From Clostridia bacterium (GTDB taxonomy: Bacteria > Bacillota > Clostridia > Christensenellales > UBA1242): DNA of 64,000 nt. Below are positions 30,556 through 39,861 of the stretch, one piece after another (the first letter of the stretch is position 1; each line of letters opens with the position of its first letter). The stretch covers positions 32,853 through 96,852 of the forward strand of contig JAFVTW010000017.1 in assembly GCA_017503005.1 (NCBI GenBank), given 5' to 3'. A program made the translations under genes and the position numbers. A model generated the notes under the pieces. It made no database searches. It was given only the letters and a program-made list of their open reading frames with translations, and was not told the DNA's origin.

Positions 30556-32650
30556 AGATGTACTAAAAGAAGAAAAAGAATATTTAAATACAGTTCAATC
30601 AGATATAGCAGAAAAGATAGAGAGTCTATCTAACTTTTTGGATGCCGAAAAGATGCAGATTCAAGAAGAAAAGTATCTAATGAGAGATAACTATGCTACA
30701 GCAACTGATGTAGATGATACTTTCTTGGATATATATCTTCGCTCTAATGAATATGATGAAAAGGTGAAAGAAAAAAATCAACTTATCCGTATGCAAAAAA
30801 ATCCATATTTTGCTAGAGTTGATGTAAAAGAAGATGGAGCCGGTCAAGCTTATCATAACTATATAGGTTATAGAAGTTTGACAGATAAAGATGGCGGATT
30901 TTATATTATTGACTGGAGAGCCCCTTTTGCTAGTCTGTTCTATGACTATGACAAGGGTAAATATTCTTATTCTACTATTAATGGTACAATCAAAGGTGAG
31001 ATATTAAACAAAAGACAATTCAAAATTGAAAATAAAGAATTAAAGTATTATTTTGATGCTGATATCAAAGTTGATGATGATATTTTGCAAGAAACATTGT
31101 CAGGTACAACAAATGAAAAAATGAAAAACATTGTTGCGACTATTCAAAGAGAGCAAAACCAAATTATAAGATGTAGTGAAAAATTTAACACACTTGTACT
31201 AGGGGTTGCTGGTAGTGGCAAAACAAGTATTGCTTTGCATAGAGTAGCTTATTTGTTGTACAAACTAAAAGGAAAACTAAAGAGTAGTGAAGTTATGATA
31301 CTTTCACCAAATGATATGTTTTCTGCCTATATTTCTGAGGTGTTGCCAGAGCTTAATGAAGAGAATGCTCTAAATACTACTTTTGAAAAAATACTAGCAA
31401 ATGAGCTAGGACCAGAAATCGAATTTGAAACAAAAAAAGAACAAGTTGAAAGAAAAATATTCAATAAGATTCCTTGTGATGAGTCAAAAAATAGTTATGA
31501 GTTTTTGGTTCAATTATATAAGTATTTAATTAAATATTTCACAAAAGCATTTAAGCCTACTAATATCAAAATAGGGGCATACAATATACCTGAAACAAAG
31601 ATTGCAGGAATGTATTTCAAATCATTTTCAAAAGTTTTGCCATACAAAAGAATTGAGTGGATTATCGAGAATTTAATTGATACATATTTTGCTAGTTTTG
31701 AAAAATTAGAATTTAAATTACAAGAATTTTTGAAAGCAAAACTATATAGAATGTTTGTAAATAATAATCCAGTGGTTATATATAAACTGTTTCTAAAATC
31801 GTTAGGTAAAGAAATGTCTTTGGTTAATCATAAGATTAAGTACGAAGATATAGTTCCTATTTTGATGATTAACTATTTCTTGTATGGTAGTATTGATTAT
31901 ACTTCATTCAAACATGTAGTTATCGATGAATCACAAGATTACAATGCTATACAAATGTTTTTGCTTAACAGTTTCTTTAATTGTACAAAAACTATTGTGG
32001 GTGATGTGGGTCAATCATTGAATGTTGATAGCAGTTCTAATGTTGTAAGCAACATTGAACAAATCTTTAGTTTGTCTAATGCTGAACACAAACTTACAAA
32101 TCCAGATAAGTTTGAAACAAAAGAAATGTTAAAATTAAGTTTAAGCAAGAGTTATAGATCAAGTTATCAAATAACAAATCTAGCAAATTCTATACTAAAA
32201 AGAACTGACTGTGAGCCTATTAAAAGATTGGGCGAAAAGCCACAACTGGTAAAAATTGCAACAAAAAAGCAATTAATTGACAGAATTGGACAATTAATTG
32301 ATAGTTACAAGGCTAAAGGTTACAATAATATTGGTATTATTACTAAAACTACAAAGAATGCAGGTGAACTATACAATATTATAAAAGACGATATTTCTGG
32401 TGTTGATTTGGTTACTAACAACGGAGACTATCTAAATGGTGTAGTGGTTTTAGACTCATTTAGTTCTAAAGGATTAGAATTTGATGCTGTTATTTTATTT
32501 AATGTAAATGCTGTAGAATATGCCAACGAACTAGAGAGACAACTGCTTTATGTTGCAGTTACTAGGGCTTTGCACGAAATATATTTATTGTATACAAATA
32601 CTCCAAGCGAATTTGTTTTGGATTATTTTAATAACGAAACTAAAGAATAG
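30548..32650 (+). CDS. helD: HelD-family (UvrD-like) RNA polymerase recycling ATPase
   Basis: [67 protein letters not shown]. Confidence 0.88.
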   Translation: MNKDVLKEEKEYLNTVQSDIAEKIESLSNFLDAEKMQIQEEKYLMRDNYATATDVDDTFLDIYLRSNEYDEKVKEKNQLIRMQKNPYFARVDVKEDGAGQAYHNYIGYRSLTDKDGGFYIIDWRAPFASLFYDYDKGKYSYSTINGTIKGEILNKRQFKIENKELKYYFDADIKVDDDILQETLSGTTNEKMKNIVATIQREQNQIIRCSEKFNTLVLGVAGSGKTSIALHRVAYLLYKLKGKLKSSEVMILSPNDMFSAYISEVLPELNEENALNTTFEKILANELGPEIEFETKKEQVERKIFNKIPCDESKNSYEFLVQLYKYLIKYFTKAFKPTNIKIGAYNIPETKIAGMYFKSFSKVLPYKRIEWIIENLIDTYFASFEKLEFKLQEFLKAKLYRMFVNNNPVVIYKLFLKSLGKEMSLVNHKIKYEDIVPILMINYFLYGSIDYTSFKHVVIDESQDYNAIQMFLLNSFFNCTKTIVGDVGQSLNVDSSSNVVSNIEQIFSLSNAEHKLTNPDKFETKEMLKLSLSKSYRSSYQITNLANSILKRTDCEPIKRLGEKPQLVKIATKKQLIDRIGQLIDSYKAKGYNNIGIITKTTKNAGELYNIIKDDISGVDLVTNNGDYLNGVVVLDSFSSKGLEFDAVILFNVNAVEYANELERQLLYVAVTRALHEIYLLYTNTPSEFVLDYFNNETKE

Positions 32651-32663
32651 AAGGTTAGAAAAA

Positions 32664-33347
32664 ATGTCTATCTTTGAGAGAACTTCACAATTAATAGGTG
32701 AACATAATATTGAAAAACTTAATAATAGCCATGTTGCAGTTTTTGGTGTCGGTGGTGTGGGTGGACACACTGTTGAATTTTTAGTGAGAACAGGTGTGGG
32801 CGAAGTAACTATTGTTGACTTCGATACTGTATCTGAGTCCAACATTAATAGACAAATAATCGCATTACATTCTACAGTGGGCAAATTGAAAGTAGATGTT
32901 TTTAAAGATAGACTTTTAGATATTAATCCTAATTTGAAAATTAATGTGTTTCCTATCAAGTTTTGTGGCGAAAGTATTCATCAAATATTTTCAAAAAATT
33001 TTGATTATGTAGTTGATGCTATTGATGATGTTTCAAATAAAGTATTACTTATTCAAACTTGTAAAGAGAAAAATATTCCTATTGTAAGTGCAATGGGTGC
33101 AGGTAATAGATGTGATATACCTAATTTTCAGGTAGAAGATATTTTTAAAACATACAACGATGGATTGGCTAAAGTAATGAGAAAAAGACTAAGAGATGTA
33201 GGTATAGATAAGCATACTGTTGTATTTACAAAATCCATAAGCAAACCTGCTGGAAATGTGGTAGGAAGTATAGCTTATTATCCATCAATGTGTGGTTGTG
33301 TGTTGTCTGCTTATGTTATAAATCAATTAATAGGAGAGGATTTATGA
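32664..33347 (+). CDS. tcdA: ThiF-family tRNA threonylcarbamoyladenosine dehydratase-like
   Basis: GVGGVGG, D.D.V..SN.NRQ, VDAID, S.MGAG, LAKVMRK.L. Confidence 0.85.
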   Translation: MSIFERTSQLIGEHNIEKLNNSHVAVFGVGGVGGHTVEFLVRTGVGEVTIVDFDTVSESNINRQIIALHSTVGKLKVDVFKDRLLDINPNLKINVFPIKFCGESIHQIFSKNFDYVVDAIDDVSNKVLLIQTCKEKNIPIVSAMGAGNRCDIPNFQVEDIFKTYNDGLAKVMRKRLRDVGIDKHTVVFTKSISKPAGNVVGSIAYYPSMCGCVLSAYVINQLIGEDL

Positions 33348-33664
33348 TAAGCAAAATTGCAGACGAAAAAATATATAATGTTATAAATGAAAATGACACA
33401 GTTTTGATATCTTTTTTTAGTCCTATGGATATGGCGAGTGGCTTAGTAAACAAAAATTTAAATGTGGTTGATTCTGATTACGGAGATAAGTTGCAAATTG
33501 TATTGGTAGACACATTTGAGGCTAAAGAACTTGTCAAAGAGTTTAAAATTTTGGTCGTACCTACCATTATTGTTTTTAAAGAAAAAAGACTAATAGATAG
33601 GGTGCATGGTTATATGCCATTAGACAAAATAACATATATGTTGTCTAGATATATAAAAAAATAA
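33344..33664 (+). CDS. Thioredoxin-fold protein with no cysteines
   Basis: 106 aa; Trx pattern VLISFFSP..., VD......L...F.I..VPT...FK......G; the WCGPC position reads MDMAS; ATGA-coupled to tcdA. Confidence 0.7.
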   Translation: MISKIADEKIYNVINENDTVLISFFSPMDMASGLVNKNLNVVDSDYGDKLQIVLVDTFEAKELVKEFKILVVPTIIVFKEKRLIDRVHGYMPLDKITYMLSRYIKK

Positions 33665-33686
33665 AATCGGTTATGCCGATTTTTTT
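33663..33686 (+). terminator. Terminator ending the topA...trx-like run
   Basis: AAAATCGG-ttatg-CCGATTTTTTT. Confidence 0.75.
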
Positions 33687-33717
33687 GTTTTTGTTTGTAT
33701 TTTGAAAAAAGTTCATA

Positions 33718-33746
33718 TTGACTTTTATTTGATTTATTATTATACT
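33718..33746 (+). promoter_or_regulatory. SigA promoter of iscS
   Basis: TTGACT, 17 bp, TATACT. Confidence 0.7.
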
Positions 33747-33785
33747 ATTTGTGGTAAAAATAAATAAAAACAAAGGAAATTTCTT

Positions 33786-34958
33786 ATGAACAAGAGAATT
33801 TATTTGGATAATGCAGCTACTACACAAGTTAGTGGAGATGTGTTAAATGAAATGATGCCATATTTTACTAGTATATATGGAAACTCAAATAGTCTACATA
33901 GCTTTGGTAGAGAAGCAGACAATGGTGTTGACATGGCTAGAGATAGAATTGCTAAAGCTATCAATGCTACTAGCTCCGAAATTTATTTCACTAGTGGTGG
34001 AACAGAGGCTAACAACTGGGCTATTCGTGGTGTGGCTTATGCTAACCAAAATAGAGGTAAACATATCATTGTATCTTCTATCGAACATCATTCTATTATA
34101 GAAACCTGCAAGGATTTGCAAAAAGAAGGATTTGAGGTTACTTATCTTCCTGTAGATGAAACAGGTCTAGTATCAGTAGAAGAATTGTTGCACGAACTTC
34201 GTCCAGACACAATTTTGGTATCTATAATGGCTGTAAATAATGAAGTTGGTACAATTCAACACATTAGAGCTATTGGCGAAATTGTAAAGGATTTCAAAGC
34301 TTATTTTCATACAGATGCTGTTCAAGCTTTGGGTTCTATCGATATAAATGTTCAAGAGATGAATATTGATGTTATGTCCCTATCAGCACACAAGATTCAT
34401 GGTCCTAAGGGTGTTGGTGCTCTATATGTTAAAAAGGGTGTTCCTATCAAAAAACTAGTGTATGGTGGCGAACAAGAAAGCAACAAAAGAGGTGGCACTA
34501 CAAATGTACCTGCCATTGTTGGATTTGGTAAAGCTTGTGCAAATGTAAAGAGAGACTTAAAAATTTGCAACAAAAAGTTAAACGAAATTGCTACTTACTT
34601 TATCAAGAAAGTAGAGTACGAAATTCCAAATATTAAGTTTAATGGTAATTTCCGTCAAAAAGCTCCTGGTATCGTAAATGTATCTTTCAAATATGTAGAT
34701 AGTGAAAGTGTTCTTATCAAATTAGATTTGAAGGGTATAGCAGTTTCTGCTGGTTCTGCTTGTGCTTCAGGTAGTTTAGAAAAATCTCATGTATTAAAAG
34801 CTATGGGATTGGTTGCTGAAGATTTAAATGGTGCTGTTAGATTCTCATTTGGTGTAGATGTAACAAAAGATGATGTTGACTATGTGGTAAGAACACTTGT
34901 TGATATTATAGAAGAATTGAGAGAGATGAGCCCTATCAACAAAAAAGTAAAAAAGTAG
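33786..34958 (+). CDS. iscS: Cysteine desulfurase IscS/NifS
   Basis: [25 protein letters not shown] (PLP Lys), SAGSACASG (catalytic Cys). Confidence 0.96.
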   Translation: MNKRIYLDNAATTQVSGDVLNEMMPYFTSIYGNSNSLHSFGREADNGVDMARDRIAKAINATSSEIYFTSGGTEANNWAIRGVAYANQNRGKHIIVSSIEHHSIIETCKDLQKEGFEVTYLPVDETGLVSVEELLHELRPDTILVSIMAVNNEVGTIQHIRAIGEIVKDFKAYFHTDAVQALGSIDINVQEMNIDVMSLSAHKIHGPKGVGALYVKKGVPIKKLVYGGEQESNKRGGTTNVPAIVGFGKACANVKRDLKICNKKLNEIATYFIKKVEYEIPNIKFNGNFRQKAPGIVNVSFKYVDSESVLIKLDLKGIAVSAGSACASGSLEKSHVLKAMGLVAEDLNGAVRFSFGVDVTKDDVDYVVRTLVDIIEELREMSPINKKVKK

Positions 34959-34967
34959 GTTTTGATT

Positions 34968-35414
34968 ATGTATAATGAAATAGTTATTGATCATTTTAAT
35001 AATCCTAGAAATGTAGGCGAATTAAAGGGTTGTAACGGCATTGGTACTTCTAAAAGCAAAGAATATGGCGATGTTGTAAAATTGTTTTTAAAAGTAAATA
35101 CAAATGTTGTTATAGAGGAAGCTTCATTCAAAACAGTAGGTAATGTTGCAACTATTGCAATTAGCTCAGCTCTTACAGAAAAATTAGTAGGATTAACAGT
35201 AGATAAAGCAACCAAATTAACAGCTGCTGATTTGTGCGAATTAGTGGGTGGTTTGCCAGAAGGCAAGAAATATAGTGCAATTATAGTAAAAGAAGCTGTA
35301 GATGATGCAGTAAAAAATTATCGCAAAAGATTAATGAAAGGTGCTGGATTGCACAAAACAATCTTAAAACCAGAACTTATTACAAAAATTGCTAATATGA
35401 AAAAGAAAAAATAG
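34968..35414 (+). CDS. IscU/NifU-N-like scaffold homologue lacking the three Cys ligands
   Basis: MY...V.DHF.NPRNVG and GGLP..K framework, but EYGD, VGNVA and KYSA in place of CGD, GCG and HCS. Confidence 0.85.
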   Translation: MYNEIVIDHFNNPRNVGELKGCNGIGTSKSKEYGDVVKLFLKVNTNVVIEEASFKTVGNVATIAISSALTEKLVGLTVDKATKLTAADLCELVGGLPEGKKYSAIIVKEAVDDAVKNYRKRLMKGAGLHKTILKPELITKIANMKKKK

Positions 35415-35437
35415 AAGGTAACCCCTTCTATTTTTTT
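35406..35437 (+). terminator. Terminator after the iscU-like gene
   Basis: AAAAAATAGAAGG-taacc-CCTTCTATTTTTTT. Confidence 0.75.
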
Positions 35438-35533
35438 ATGCATTAAAATCCGTTGTTTGGGCACAATAATAGTAACAAATTTGTTTTTGTTGAAAAATGG
35501 AAATATTATCCATACATTCAAAGGAGGAAAATT

Positions 35534-35668
35534 ATGAAAGATTGTTTGTTAGTAGGTATGGCTTTGGGGTTGATTGCTGGTGCATTGATAGTTACACACA
35601 ATAAAAAGGCTGAACAACTTGTAGAAAAAGGTAAAAAAGCCATAAAGAAACAAGTTGAAAAATTTTAA
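35534..35668 (+). CDS. Small membrane-anchored protein (YtxH-like pattern), 44 aa
   Basis: Strong SD AAGGAGG; LLVGMALGLIAGALIV hydrophobic helix followed by a basic amphipathic helix. Confidence 0.7.
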   Translation: MKDCLLVGMALGLIAGALIVTHNKKAEQLVEKGKKAIKKQVEKF

Positions 35669-35720
35669 ATCAAACACTTTTTAATTTGATTAATAGTTTG
35701 AAATATGATATTATAATGCT

Positions 35721-36155
35721 ATGGAAAGTACTTATTACAAAACAATGGCATTAGACCTTGGAGAAAGAAGAATAGGAATAGCATTGAGCGATTTAATGGG
35801 TATTATCGCTAGTGGGTTAGAAACTTACGAGCGAAAGAATATCCAGACAGATTGTGATTATATTTCTAAGCTTGCAGTAAAACATGGTGTAAAAGAAATT
35901 GTTATGGGTCTTCCTAAAAATATGGACGGCACTAGTGGTGTTCGTGTAGAGAAAACCTATGAATTTGCTGAGGAATTAAAAAAATTAACTGATGCAAAAA
36001 TTGTTTTTTATGACGAGCGATTGACTACTGTTGCAGCTGAAAAATTGCTGATTTCGGCAGATGTGTCCAGACAAAAAAGAAAAACCGTAATAGATAAATT
36101 GGCAGCAACAATTATATTACAAGACTATTTAAACTTTAATCAAAGGGGAAAGTAA
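35721..36155 (+). CDS. ruvX: Pre-16S rRNA nuclease YqgF/RuvX
   Basis: ALDLGERRIGIALSD, GLPKNMDG, DERLTT, D..AA..ILQ.YL. Confidence 0.95.
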   Translation: MESTYYKTMALDLGERRIGIALSDLMGIIASGLETYERKNIQTDCDYISKLAVKHGVKEIVMGLPKNMDGTSGVRVEKTYEFAEELKKLTDAKIVFYDERLTTVAAEKLLISADVSRQKRKTVIDKLAATIILQDYLNFNQRGK

Positions 36156-36473
36156 ATGGATAAAGAACAAAGAAGTCAAATTGAAATGTTATTGGATGAA
36201 AACAATACAGAAAATCTAAAACTTTATGATGAAAACAACAAAGAAACAGAGTTTGAACAAGTTGCAGTTATTCCACTAAATGAAAAGATTTATGCAATTT
36301 TGAAACCTGTTACAAAAATTGCTGGTGTTAATGATGATGAAGCTTTGGTTTTCGTTATTGAAGAAATTGAAGATGAAGACTGCTTAGTAATTGTTGATGA
36401 TGAAAAAATCGTTGACGATGTATTCAAAGAATACTATGATTTACTAAAAGCAGAAGGTATCAATGTTGACTAG
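36156..36473 (+). CDS. DUF1292-family acidic protein
   Basis: L.DE...E.EFE......Y..L.P pattern; usual neighbour 3' of ruvX. Confidence 0.75.
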   Translation: MDKEQRSQIEMLLDENNTENLKLYDENNKETEFEQVAVIPLNEKIYAILKPVTKIAGVNDDEALVFVIEEIEDEDCLVIVDDEKIVDDVFKEYYDLLKAEGINVD

Positions 36474-36495
36474 TCAATAAATATCTTTAAAATAT

Positions 36496-36524
36496 GAAAG
36501 GGTGTAGAAACCCTTTCTTTTTTT
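36496..36524 (+). terminator. Terminator
   Basis: GAAAGGGT-gtagaa-ACCCTTTC-T7. Confidence 0.75.
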
Positions 36525-36590
36525 GTCTAATTTTGTTGTGTGATATTTTTTAAGTTGCTATAATATTCATAGTTTATGGAGGGATTTTTG

Positions 36591-37337
36591 ATGAGTATAT
36601 TAAACTATATAGGACTAGAATATTATTCTCCAACACATATACTTATGTTGTTAGCTGCACCTATTATATTTTGTATTTTTTATTTTTCGCTTAGAAATAG
36701 AACAGAAAAAACAAAAAGGGTAGTGCTACTTTGTTTAGCTATATTTAATGCTTTGATTTATATAGCCTATAAGATTGTAATGGCATTTACCTTTGATGTG
36801 TTTATTATATTGAAAGAATTACCATTGCATTTGTGTAATTTGAATTTGATATTGATTCCTTTGGCAATACTTACAAATAATAAGCTGTTAATGTCATACT
36901 TATATTATGTAGGATTGTTGGCGGCATTTGCTGGAATTATGTTTTTTGATTCAGTATTTTTGGGTAAAAATGTATTTTCATTTGTTGTGCTTGTGTATTT
37001 TATTTATCATGCAATTTTACTTGTGTTTCCATTACTGCTTGTGTCACTTAAGTTGTTTACTCCAAGCTTAAGTTATGTGTGGAAAGCTCTTGTTGTTTTA
37101 GTTTCTTTGGCTTTGATTATGCATTTAGTAAACCTATTATTTATACACACAGGCTGGTGTGTAGAGGCTAATTATTTCTATACAATGGGTATGCCTGACA
37201 ATCCGGTATTAGGTATGCTTATGAAGTTAATACCTATTCCATTTTTGTATTACTTGCCTGTTGCACCTGTATTGTACGGCTTCGATGTATTAATCACATT
37301 GCCACAGATTTTGATTGAAAAACGAAAAAATAAATAA
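36591..37337 (+). CDS. YwaF/TMEM164-family integral membrane protein
   Basis: LPLHLC and ANYFY motifs; multiple TM helices; GGAGG SD before ATG 36591. Confidence 0.75.
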   Translation: MSILNYIGLEYYSPTHILMLLAAPIIFCIFYFSLRNRTEKTKRVVLLCLAIFNALIYIAYKIVMAFTFDVFIILKELPLHLCNLNLILIPLAILTNNKLLMSYLYYVGLLAAFAGIMFFDSVFLGKNVFSFVVLVYFIYHAILLVFPLLLVSLKLFTPSLSYVWKALVVLVSLALIMHLVNLLFIHTGWCVEANYFYTMGMPDNPVLGMLMKLIPIPFLYYLPVAPVLYGFDVLITLPQILIEKRKNK

Positions 37338-37339
37338 GT

Positions 37340-37368
37340 AAAAAACCACCAAATATAGGTGGTTTTTT
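37340..37368 (+). terminator. Terminator
   Basis: AAAAAACCACC-aaatata-GGTGGTTTTTT. Confidence 0.8.
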
Positions 37369-37462
37369 GTTTGTTTGCATACCAGTTTGAATAGTAGTAA
37401 AAATGTGGGTATATATGTAATATATAAATTAAAAAAATTTAAAATAAATTGTTGTTATTAGG

Positions 37463-37491
37463 TTGAAAATTGTAATTAGTTGTGTTACAAT
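37463..37491 (+). promoter_or_regulatory. SigA promoter of rpsB-tsf
   Basis: TTGAAA, 17 bp, TG-n-TACAAT. Confidence 0.7.
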
Positions 37492-37507
37492 ATATCGTTT
37501 GAAAATT

Positions 37508-37578
37508 ACACACCCAGTACAATTTGCTGACTGTTGCCAGTTTTGGTGGTTGGCAGAGCTATAAAGTGTTGGGGAGGA
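37508..37578 (+). ncRNA. Structured rpsB 5' leader (probable S2 autoregulatory element)
   Basis: ACACAC start, outer stem CCCAGUAC/GUGUUGGG, inner stem UUGCUGAC/GUUGGCAG, ending GGAGG, as in Firmicute rpsB leaders. Confidence 0.6.
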
Positions 37579-37600
37579 ATAAAAACAAGGAGGAAATAAA

Positions 37601-38355
37601 ATGGCTGTAATTTCAATGAAACAATTACTTGAAGCTGGTGTACACTTTGGTCATCAAACAAGAAAGTGGAATCCAAAAATGAGTAAATACATTTTTACCT
37701 CTAGAAATGACATTCATATCATTAACCTAGAGGACACTGCAGTATTAGTAGAACAAGCTTATGCTTTCGTTCGTGATGCTGCTAACGAAGGTAAAACAAT
37801 TTTATTTGTTGGTACCAAAAAACAAGCTCAACAAGCTATCGCTGATGAAGCTAAAAGATGCGGAATGTACTATGTTAACTCTCGTTGGTAGGTGGTACAC
37901 TTACAAACTTCAGAACAATTCGTTCTAGAGTTGAAAGATTGAACAAAATCAATCAAATGGAAAAAGTTGGTGAATTCAACCTATTACCAAAGAAAGAAGT
38001 ATTAAAACTTCAAGCTGAAAGAGACAAATTGGAAAAATACCTTGGTGGTATCAAAGATATGACTAAGCTTCCAGATGTTATGTTTGTTGTAGACCCTAAG
38101 AAAGAACACATTGCTGTTAAAGAAGCTCGTGCTCTAAACATTCCTATCGTTGCACTAGTTGATACAAACTGTGATCCAGATGTTATCGATTATGTAATTC
38201 CAGGTAATGACGATGCTATCCGTGCAGTTGCTCTTATTGCTGGTGTTATGGCTAATGCTGTAATCGAAGCTAAAGAAGGTGTTGTAGTTAATGTTGAAGA
38301 CGAACCTGCTGCAGAAGAAGTTCAAGCAGAAGCTCAAACACAAGACGAAGAATAA
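37601..38355 (+). CDS. rpsB: 30S ribosomal protein S2, split by a one-base frameshift at about 37888 (ORFs 37601-37891 and 37885-38355)
   Basis: [17 protein letters not shown]...YVNSRW continues as GGTLTNF...[15 protein letters not shown] in the -1 frame. Confidence 0.95.
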
Positions 38356-38377
38356 TTTATTTTAAGGGGAAATTAAA

Positions 38378-39028
38378 ATGGCAACAACCGAAGATATTGT
38401 TAAACTAAGAAAAAGAACAAATTGCGGTATGATGGACTGCAAAAATGCTCTAGATGCTTGCGATGGTGACATTGACAAAGCTACAGAATGGTTAAGAGAA
38501 AAAGGTATGGCTAAAGCTGCTAAGAAAGCAGACAGAATCGCTGCTGAAGGTTTAGTTACATCTTATATTCACATGGGTGGCAAAATTGGTGTATTACTAG
38601 AAGTTAACTGTGAAACAGACTTTGCTTCTAAGAGTGAACAATTTGCTCAACTATGCAAAGATATTGCTATGCACATCGCTGCTGCAAATCCTAGCTATGT
38701 AAACCGTGAAGAAGTTCCTGCTGCAGTTCTAGAACATGAAAAAGAAATCCTAAGAGCTCAAGCATTGAACGAAGGGAAACCTGCTGCTATCGTTGAAAAA
38801 ATGATTGAAGGTAGAATCAAAAAATACTACGAAGATGCTTGTCTATTAGATCAAGCTTTTGTTAAAAATCCAGACCAAACAATTACAGATTTAATCAATG
38901 AAACCGTTTTAACAATCGGTGAAAAGATTAATGTAAGAAGATTTGTTCGTTTTGAAATGGGCGAAGGTCTAGAAAAGAGAGTTGATAACTTCGCAGAAGA
39001 AGTTATGAACCAAGCTAAAGGTAACTAA
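38378..39028 (+). CDS. tsf: Elongation factor Ts (short form)
   Basis: LR..T..GMMDCK.AL, AAKKADR.AAEG, EVNCETDF, RRFVRF..GEG. Confidence 0.97.
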   Translation: MATTEDIVKLRKRTNCGMMDCKNALDACDGDIDKATEWLREKGMAKAAKKADRIAAEGLVTSYIHMGGKIGVLLEVNCETDFASKSEQFAQLCKDIAMHIAAANPSYVNREEVPAAVLEHEKEILRAQALNEGKPAAIVEKMIEGRIKKYYEDACLLDQAFVKNPDQTITDLINETVLTIGEKINVRRFVRFEMGEGLEKRVDNFAEEVMNQAKGN

Positions 39029-39038
39029 TTTATAAATT

Positions 39039-39069
39039 AAAAAAATCACTCGTTTTGAGTGATTTTTTT
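39039..39069 (+). terminator. Terminator after tsf
   Basis: AAAAAAATCACTC-gtttt-GAGTGATTTTTTT. Confidence 0.85.
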
Positions 39070-39238
39070 GTTTTGCATTGAGTATTTTTAAATAAATAAT
39101 ATGTTAATAATTATTTGTTAATAATTGTGACTATTTTGTTAAAACTTTTGTTTGCTATTATATTGAAATTTTAGTAAAATAAATGTGGTATAAAAGATAT
39201 TTTATATTTAAAAAAATAAAAAATAAAGGGCGGTTTAT

Positions 39239-39805
39239 ATGACAGAAGCTGTTGATATGAATTTATTAGAATACGAAGAAAGTATTGAAAAAGCAATTGA
39301 CTATTTAGTAGGAGAGCTGGGTGTTATTAGAGTTGGTAGAGCTAACCCTAAAATTCTTGATAAAATTTTGATTGATTACTATGGAACAATGACTCCTATT
39401 AATCAAATGGCAAATATTTCTGTGCCAGAAGCTAGAATGATGCTTATTTCTGTATGGGATATGTCTCAAGTTAAAGCTATTTCTAAAGCTATTGAGGCTG
39501 CAAATTTAGGTGTAAACCCATCTGATGACGGTAAAGTTATTCGTTTGGTTTTCCCAGCATTGACAGAGGAAAGAAGAAAAGAAGTTGTAAAAGAAGTAAG
39601 TAAGCTTTCAGAAAGTGCAAAGGTTGCTTGTAGAAATTGTCGTAGAGATGTTTTGGATGAATTTAAGAAAATGAAAAAGAACAACGAACTAACTGAAGAT
39701 GAGTTGGCTGTTCTTGAAAAGGAAGTTCAAAAGACTCTAGATTCTGCGATCGAAAAAATTGAAAAATTAATTCAATCAAAAGAAAAAGAGGTTATGGAAA
39801 TTTAG
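39239..39805 (+). CDS. frr: Ribosome recycling factor
   Basis: IR.GRANP, YYG..TP..Q.ANIS.PEAR, NP.DDG..IR..FP.LTEERRK. Confidence 0.96.
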   Translation: MTEAVDMNLLEYEESIEKAIDYLVGELGVIRVGRANPKILDKILIDYYGTMTPINQMANISVPEARMMLISVWDMSQVKAISKAIEAANLGVNPSDDGKVIRLVFPALTEERRKEVVKEVSKLSESAKVACRNCRRDVLDEFKKMKKNNELTEDELAVLEKEVQKTLDSAIEKIEKLIQSKEKEVMEI

Positions 39806-39861
39806 TCAATAGACTAAATTTTTCATAATATAATAAAACTTGATTTGATTAAGGAGAACAA

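Noticed and set aside
37889-37891. TAG in rpsB as stop-codon readthrough or an alternative genetic code
   Set aside because: The conserved sequence continues in a different frame, so readthrough cannot restore it. TAG ends other genes normally here (rpmF, dprA, frr).
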